Shown here piece by piece: positions 51,750-64,000 of a DNA stretch of 64,000 nucleotides. The stretch lies in NCBI RefSeq assembly GCF_030028105.1, contig NC_092379.1, positions 63,252,008 to 63,316,007 of the forward strand, given 5' to 3'. This DNA comes from Mobula birostris (lineage: Eukaryota). Both the position numbers and the translations under genes were made by a program. The notes beneath the pieces were generated by a model. The model searched no databases. It saw only the letters and a program-made list of their open reading frames with translations, and was not told the DNA's origin. Position 1 is the stretch's first letter. Each line of letters starts with the position of its first letter.

Positions 51750-53260
51750 CAACTCAAGTTCACATTCAAGTTTTCTGTCATTCAACCGTACACCTGTGCA
51801 CAGCTAAATGAAACATCATTCCCCTGGGGCCAAGGTACAAAACTCAGTACATATAGTCCCACACAGCACATATAGATACAATCCAACACATATAGTCAGA
51901 AAATAATATCAGCACAAATCCCTGAGTGACATGGCCTGAAGGTGGACAGGTTGATATAAAGTGTGAGGTACATGTTTGTGTAAGACAGTATATTATTACT
52001 GCCAGATCCAGGTTGAGTTTGCTGATGATACTACAGTGGGTGGCCTCATCAGCAACAATGGTGAGTCAGTATCCAGAGGGAGGCTTTTCAAATGGTGCGA
52101 GAACAACATCCTGAGCCTCAAAGCGGACAAGACAAAACAGATGATTGTGGATTCGGGAAGGTGTAGGTTAACCACTCCCCATTGCACTTCAGTGGCTCTG
52201 TTGCGCAAAGAGCACAAAGTTCCTTGGTGTGCATATAATGGCCAATCTAACCTGAACCCACAACACCTCCTCACTAATCAAGAAGGCACATCAGCGTCTA
52301 CACTTTCTGAGGAGACTGAGGCACGCAAGGCTCCTGCACCTATTCTAACAACTTTCTACAGGAGCACTGAGAGTGTGCTGTCTGCCAGCAGCATTGTGTG
52401 GTACGGAAGCTGCAAAAGATCGGACGACAAGACCCTACAGAGGATAGTGAGAACTGCCAAGAGGATCAGTGGGTCTCCCTTATCTTTGCTTGTGACATTT
52501 ACGGGGAGCATTATAGAGGAAGGGCCCAAAGTATTGTTGAGGATCCCTACTCCCATCCCACAATCTCTTTGACTTACTACCATCCAGTAGGAAGTACAGA
52601 AGCATCCAGGACTAGGACCACCAGATTTGGTAACAGCTTCTTCCCTCAGGCTGTGAGACTAATGAAAACCCTGCCACCACCAAGATCTCGTCACTACAAC
52701 AGTGAGCTATTTACTGTTTACTGTTTACCCGTGCTGCACACTGCATGCATCTTAACTATATTTTATTAACTTATTTATAGTAATATTTTGTGTATGTGTT
52801 GTGAGTGATATATGTTTTTTGGGTGCACTGTGGTCCAGGGGATTGTGCCTTCATTTGGTTATAAATACGTTCAGTCAAAGGACAATAAACTTGAACTCCA
52901 ACTATTATAATGATACGAGCAGTAGTATAAATATGTGAAACAGCAGCAATAAAAGATGAAAAGTACAGGATGAGAGTGTGCCTCTGAGTTGGAGAATGGG
53001 GGGTTGGGGGAGGTATCAGGGCATTCAGACAGGCTGTACATGTGTGCTGGGTGGCACCAGGGTGTTAAGAAGTCGAACTGTCTGGGGGAAGAAGCAGTTA
53101 CCCAGACTGACTGTTCTGGTTCTGTCTGGAGATTGTGGGAGGGATGGGAGGGGTCTTTAACAATGCCAGAGGCATTGTGCCTGCAGCGTTTGTTATCCAT
53201 GTCCTGAATGGGGTGGGGGAGGGAGAAGCCCCCCCTCCCCCATTCAGCATCCATTCAATA
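51750..53260. mobile_element. Cluster of Rex1/Babar fragments (51750-51980 -, 52005-52895 +, 52870-53260 -)
   Basis: EFADDTTVGGLISNNGES and RTRTTRFGNSFFPQAVRL motifs; (CTTGAA)n tails. Confidence 0.75.
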
Positions 53261-54353
53261 GTCTAGTACTCTCTTCAGTTGAGAAGAGCAGGAGGTTATC
53301 TCACTAAAAAAACAAAATTGGTTTGACATGATAGACGTAGAGGTGATGCTTCTCGTGGCTGGGGTATCAAGGAACACAGTTTCAAAATTCAGGGAGTGAG
53401 GTGTAAAGAATGTCTTTGTTCAAAGAGTGGCGTATCTTTGGAATTTTTGCTGGCAAGTACAGTGGAGGTTCAGATAATAAGTGTATTTAAAATACACTGG
53501 CAGGTTTTTGAATGTTGAACAGATCATGGAAAATGAGAATAGTACAAAAATTTAATGCACAAGAAAATGGTCAGTCATGATTTGGCTGAATGGTAGAGCA
53601 GGCGTGTATGTGTGTGTGTGTGGCAAAAGGTTGGGGAGGGGCTGGACAAGGAACAGCCTTATTTTATTTTATTTTCTTATGTTCTTGTGTTCTTAGGTTT
53701 ACTTCTGCACCTCTTTACAAGTCTGTCATGGTTTTTAAAAAAAATCTGTTTTTTACTCTTCCTGCTAAAGCATTCCCACTTCATCGCACATTCCCACTTG
53801 TTAGTTTCTTGTCCCCTTGCTTAACTGCCGATAACCCTCTACAGTCTCTTTGCATCCTTTGCACATGTTACTCTCCCATCTAGTTTTGTATCATCAAAAA
53901 TCTTGAATGTGTTTCACTCTTCCACCTGTTATTGATGTAAATTGTGAAATATTAAGGGCCCAGTCTACCAACCTGAAAGCAGTCTTATTGTGCCTCTGCT
54001 ATCTTTCTTAAGGTCTGCTGTTAAATTTGTCATCTTTCTTCCTTCCAAGAATTCAAGCAGTTTTGCTAGGTTGCTATTAATGCATCCATTACCTTGGTGG
54101 TTACCTCATTTAGAACCTTTTAAAAGATCAGCAGGAAATATTTGAGTTTTGTTCTTTTAATTTCTCCAGTTTTTTTCCTCTTTGGTGTGTTAATTACTTT
54201 GTTCCACTCCATTTCTGTCACATTTATTGTGTCTTCTGTAATGAATTCAGCTATGATGCTTAGAGCCTCTGGTAGTTTTTTATTCCTTAGTTTAATTTCT
54301 CCAGTCACATTTATGGGACAAACGATTATTTTTATGTTTCTATTCCTTTAAAC

Positions 54354-54434
54354 TAGGGGCCCCACCTGGGATCCACAGACCCCTTGGTTAACTGTCGGAC
54401 TGTATGGTATTAAGAAAAAAGTTGGGGATCCCTG
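54354..54434. mobile_element. 81-bp hAT (Charlie-like) MITE
   Basis: Ends TAGGGGCCCCAC and GTTGGGGATCCCTG. 8-bp flanks CTTTAAAC (54346-53) and CTTTACAC (54435-42). Confidence 0.65.
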
Positions 54435-54849
54435 CTTTACACAGAGGTGTAGAAACAATCTTAAACATTTTTAACAATTTCCTGTTAATTTACTGAACAT
54501 TCTGATCTTTTTTATTAATTTTGTGTTCAGTGATTACTGTTTTCTCAGATTTACCAGTCCTCAGTCTACTCCTTTTCTTGACATTCTTTCAATTTGATGT
54601 GATTTTTAAGTTCACCATTTAGCCACAAATGGATCGTTTTTATGGAGACTTATTCATGAAGATATGTGCAGAAGAAGGGTCTCGGCCCAAAATGTCCACT
54701 GTTTGTGCATTTCCATGTATGCTGCCTGACCTGCTGAGCTCCTCCAGCATTTTGTATGTGTTGCTGATGACAGTCGTGAAATACTTCTTGAAATGCTTGT
54801 CATTATTTAGGTACAAGTCAACCTCTTAGTTTCATTTCCCTGGCAGCCC

Positions 54850-55650
54850 CAGTCCTGATGCTCCTGTACCTCCTTCCTGATGATAGTGGGTCAAAGAGAT
54901 TGTGGGATGACTGGTAGGAATCATCAACAAAGCTTCAGGCCATTTGTAAACAAGGCTGCTGGTAAATGACACGAATAGAAGGCGGGGAAATCCTGGTGGT
55001 TCTGTCAGTGATATCTACTGTCCTGTGTAGGGTCTTGATGTCCAATGCCTTGCAGCTTCCAGATGCAGCAAGAGAGGACACTCTCAATGGTGCTGCTGTA
55101 GAAAGGGGTTAGAACGTGGACGAGGAGTCTTGCATTCCTTAGTCTTCTCAGAAAGTGCAGATACTGCTGTGCCTTCTTGACTAATGAGGAGATGTTGTGG
55201 GTTCAGGTTAAATCGCCAGTCATATACACACTAAGGAACTTTGTGCTCTTCACTCTCTCCACAGCAGAGCCATTGATCTGCAATGGAGAGATGTCGACCT
55301 GCGTCTTCCTGAAGTCCACAATCATGTCTTTTGTCTTGTCTGCACTGGGACTCAGGTGGTTGTTCTCACACCATTTGACAAGCCTCTCTATCTCCTCTTT
55401 GTTTGCTGACCCATCATTGTTGCTGATGAGGGCATCCACTGCTGTATCCTCAGTGAAGCTGATGATGCAGTCTGAGCTGGATCTGGCAGTGCAGTCGTGA
55501 GTTGGCAGTGGCTGAGCACACAGCGCTGGGCGGGAGTGGGGGTGGCACCAGTGCTCAGTCTGATGGAGCTTAATGTATTGCTGCTAACTCAGACTAACTG
55601 GGGTCTTTCTACCAAGATTCAGTTATAGAGAAGGGTGTTGAGTCCCAGTG
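54850..55650 (-). mobile_element. Rex1/Babar RT fragment
   Basis: LISNNDGSANKEEIERLVKWCENNHLS...KTKDMIVDFRK. Confidence 0.8.
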
Positions 55651-55934
55651 AGGACTCGAACCTGTTTCAATGCACAAAGTAGGTCTATCAGAGCCTTTTG
55701 CTTTGATAATTCCAAGACTTACTCTTCTTCTTAATTCCTATGCCATTGTTATACTTGGTACAGGCTGGATTTAATTTGTGATTAATTCTCGCTCTGCATG
55801 ATCCTGCTATTAAAGTGCTTGCACAATTCCGCCATTGTCTGAGAAATAGCAAGTAACATTTGCACCTTGAAATCCTAGTAAGAGAGTCTAAACTCCCAAC
55901 TTTGGCAATCAGTAGCATTATCATCATTCAACAC

Positions 55935-56535
55935 TTCGCCATCAACATCCCGGGACTGTGTGTGGGGGTGGGCAGTGGTCCACATTGATGAGAAACACAA
56001 CTGGATCAACTACATTAACAGCATAGTTACGGAGCAGGCCAGTGGATTTGACTCTTGACACCTCAAAGCCTCTCCACCATCCACAGGACACAGGTTACCA
56101 TATTCTGCACTTCCCTGGATGAGTGAATCTACAACAACAAGAAGCTGAACACTATTTAGTCCGTTTCACTGATCTTACTGACACCATAAATATTATCCCT
56201 TCTGTCCTCAAGGTTGTGTACCATCTACAAAGGGCAGAGTGATTATTCTTCTCAGGCATCTCCCAAATGTCAGTCTCTATCACTAAGAATAACAACAGCA
56301 ACAGATCTATGGAAACAGCACCATCTTTCATGTTGCTCACCACTTTGACCTGGAACTTTTATTGTTGCCTTGTCTAAGACATGGAGCTCCCGATCTAACA
56401 GCATTATGGGAGCACCTTTACCAAAAGGAACACAGCACGTTAAGAGTATAGCTTATCAATAGTTTTTCAGGGCCTTTGAGGATAGATAATACTAGCCTTG
56501 CCAGTGATGCCCAGAAAATGAACAAATTAAAGAAA
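55935..56535 (+). mobile_element. Old L2/CR1-group LINE 3' fragment
   Basis: Decayed LLTPQSLSTI-like RT C-terminus and tail gccttgccagtgatgccca. Confidence 0.45.
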
Positions 56536-56581
56536 ATCTTTTATTCACTCGTCCTACTTGCTGCCTTTTTGACTATCATTG

Positions 56582-61900
<5,319 letters not shown>

Positions 61901-63000
61901 CACTGTTCCTTGGTACTACCTTCAAATCATCCTTCATTCCTCCTCCCAACCACAACCATCCTCTCCCTTCCAATTTTAGCCTTTCTGGAGCAGTAATAAG
62001 AGAAGTTAATGTATAATTAATGGATATGGTTTCAATACATTCTTGTATAAAGGCAAATAATCAGTTTCAGATGAAAAATAGTTTTTGTGTACACCGGCCT
62101 CTAATGGTTACAATTAAGACAAAGGCGGACAAAATTATTATTCATTGAAGTTATCAAAGCAATTACTTACAGTTTTAACAAAAAGCATAGAATTCCAGAA
62201 ATCAACCCCCATAACCTTTGTATGAATTCAGTGAATTAAATTCATCAAACCTATTTAATTACAGACCATTCTATTGAAGATTCTCTTTAACAGTCACAAC
62301 AATGGGTTATGAAAAAGCACTGTACTGTTAAGAATGTGTCAGTATAAAATATTTGCAAACAATTCTTTGATAAATAATGAGATTTAATTTATACAAATGA
62401 TCCGCAGAAAGATTGCAGTTCTGTGGTTTCGATATCCATTATAACCTCAGTGAAATTCATTACCCGTACTGAGAAAAGTGCATGTTGGATTTGAAGGAAA
62501 AGAATTACTTCCAACTTTCACAACAATTTAATTAAATTTTGCTCTCTCTACAACCTTAACTTTGAATTGTTTGTTTAAAGCTGCAAGTAGTCCTTTTGTT
62601 CATTTTTGGCTTCTCTCAAGCTTTTGCTTTTCCTAGTTATTTACATAATCACAGAAAAATACTGTTTTACTTCTTCTACTTCCCAAAGTTAATTTGTAAC
62701 ACTGTTAGAAAGAGTCATAACTGGAGGGCTGCCGAGAGTGTTGTTTCGACTGCAGAAGCTCTCCAGGCCTCATTTAGCTCTGGTAAGCATGGCAATGAGA
62801 AAAGGAGCCCGATGAGCCCCTCTGCCTTTTCAATCAGACATTAAGTTCCAGATCTTCACTAGTCTCTGAGTGGAAATAGAAGATCAGTTTACCTGAGCAC
62901 AATAGGTTCTGCGGATGCTGGAAATCTTGAGGGTTACTCATCAATTTGCCTTTTATGAATTACTTTAAATAAATTCATTCTTGTGTTTTCTTATCACAAA

Positions 63001-63208
63001 CAAACAAAAGTCTGGAAAGTCCGAGCAATACACACAAAATGCTGGAGGAACGCAGCAGCTACGGAAAAGAACACTGTCGATATTTCGGGCTGAGACCCTT
63101 TGGTAGGTCAATCATGCCGAAGGCTCTTGGCCCAAAACGCTGACCGTACTCTTTTCCCTAGATGCTGCCTGGCCTGCTGAGTTCCTCCAGCATGGTGTGT
63201 GTGTGTTT
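63001..63208. mobile_element. Two Penelope terminal repeats fused as an imperfect palindrome
   Basis: Minus copy at about 63001-63110 abuts plus copy at about 63111-63208. acacacaaaatgctggaggaa is mirrored by ttcctccagcatggtgtgt. Confidence 0.8.
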
Positions 63209-63309
63209 CTCATATTTCTTAACCATTCATTCAAGACAGAAATGCCCTTCCTCCCCACTAATCAAAATACAAGATACTGAAGCTGTTGGAAATCTGACAA
63301 GGAGGGAGA

Positions 63310-64000
63310 AACAGGATGAGCATTTCAGGTTGGTGGAAAACCCAGAGATTAAGTTTTAAGATGTAGAGAAAGTGGAGAAGAGGTAGAGAGAATTGTGTTC
63401 CTTGTGAAGCAAAATAACATTGAGGGAGAAGTTAATTTTGAGGGACTGTGACTAGGATTTGGGCAGGTAAAATAGACAATATTGATTAATATTGATATAG
63501 AACAACAATGGGAACATTTAAAGTAGTGTTCATCATAATACAAGAAAAAGTGATTTCCTATAATACATAAATTTCACTGAAATACAGGAAAGAAAAATAC
63601 CCAATGCTCATGAGGCTCGATTACTGAATGAGGGGAAAGAAAAGGCAGCCATAGACCACAGAAGTGTATGTTAACGAAAAGCACAAGGGGGATTCAGTGA
63701 AAAAACAAAAAAAATTGGAAAGCAGAGAAGACTGTGAAATTGATATTTATTGATATGGATGTAAAATAAAATAGAAAAAATATTTTACAGAAACATTAAT
63801 AAAAGAAAGGATAATTGGGATGTGATTAGGCCCATTAGGGATAGACAATTAATGACAGGAGGTGGAAGAAATATTAAATCATCATCTTCCTTCAGTATTT
63901 AATTTTCTGATAGAATAAATGTACAAAACATCAGATGATGTAATGAGTAATAAAATGCTTGTATTAAAAATAGAGAAAGTGAATCTATTAATAAAGTTAA
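63310..64000 (+). mobile_element. Ancient CR1 ORF2 fragment
   Basis: Decayed EQQWE.FK, K.FYR.I and F.SVF-like motifs of the CR1 EN-RT linker. Confidence 0.45.

Noticed and set aside
51976-52572. Longest ORF in the region (198 aa)
   Set aside because: Frameshift-scrambled Rex RT fragment, not a host gene.

Overview
Vertebrate genomic DNA, most likely a cartilaginous fish such as a ray or shark (inferred from the repeat spectrum only). About three quarters of the window is decayed transposable elements, and almost all listed ORFs are TE debris or spurious. One host gene is visible: the first coding exon of a CNKSR2-like gene ([22 protein letters not shown], 39879-39942, +), in a CpG-rich, TE-poor zone. 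Intron 1 runs past the window end. Upstream is a full-length but dead Gmr1-like LTR retrotransposon (20171-27900, -; order gag-PR-IN-RT-RH; SCAN-like capsid; ATGA TSD) carrying three younger insertions. In intron 1 is a full-length but dead Sushi-type chromovirus (56582-61900, -) with readable self-priming and gag-pol pseudoknot signals. Also present: CR1, Rex1/Babar, RTE and L2-like LINE fragments, Penelope-like elements whose terminal repeats carry minimal hammerhead-ribozyme motifs, Tigger deletion derivatives, a hAT MITE, a tRNA-SINE and ORF-less Rex-tailed elements. I see no convincing wholly new biological system. The best leads are the RNA-level signals inside the TEs and the nesting chronology. 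Boundaries not anchored by a TSD, TIR or TG..CA end are approximate.
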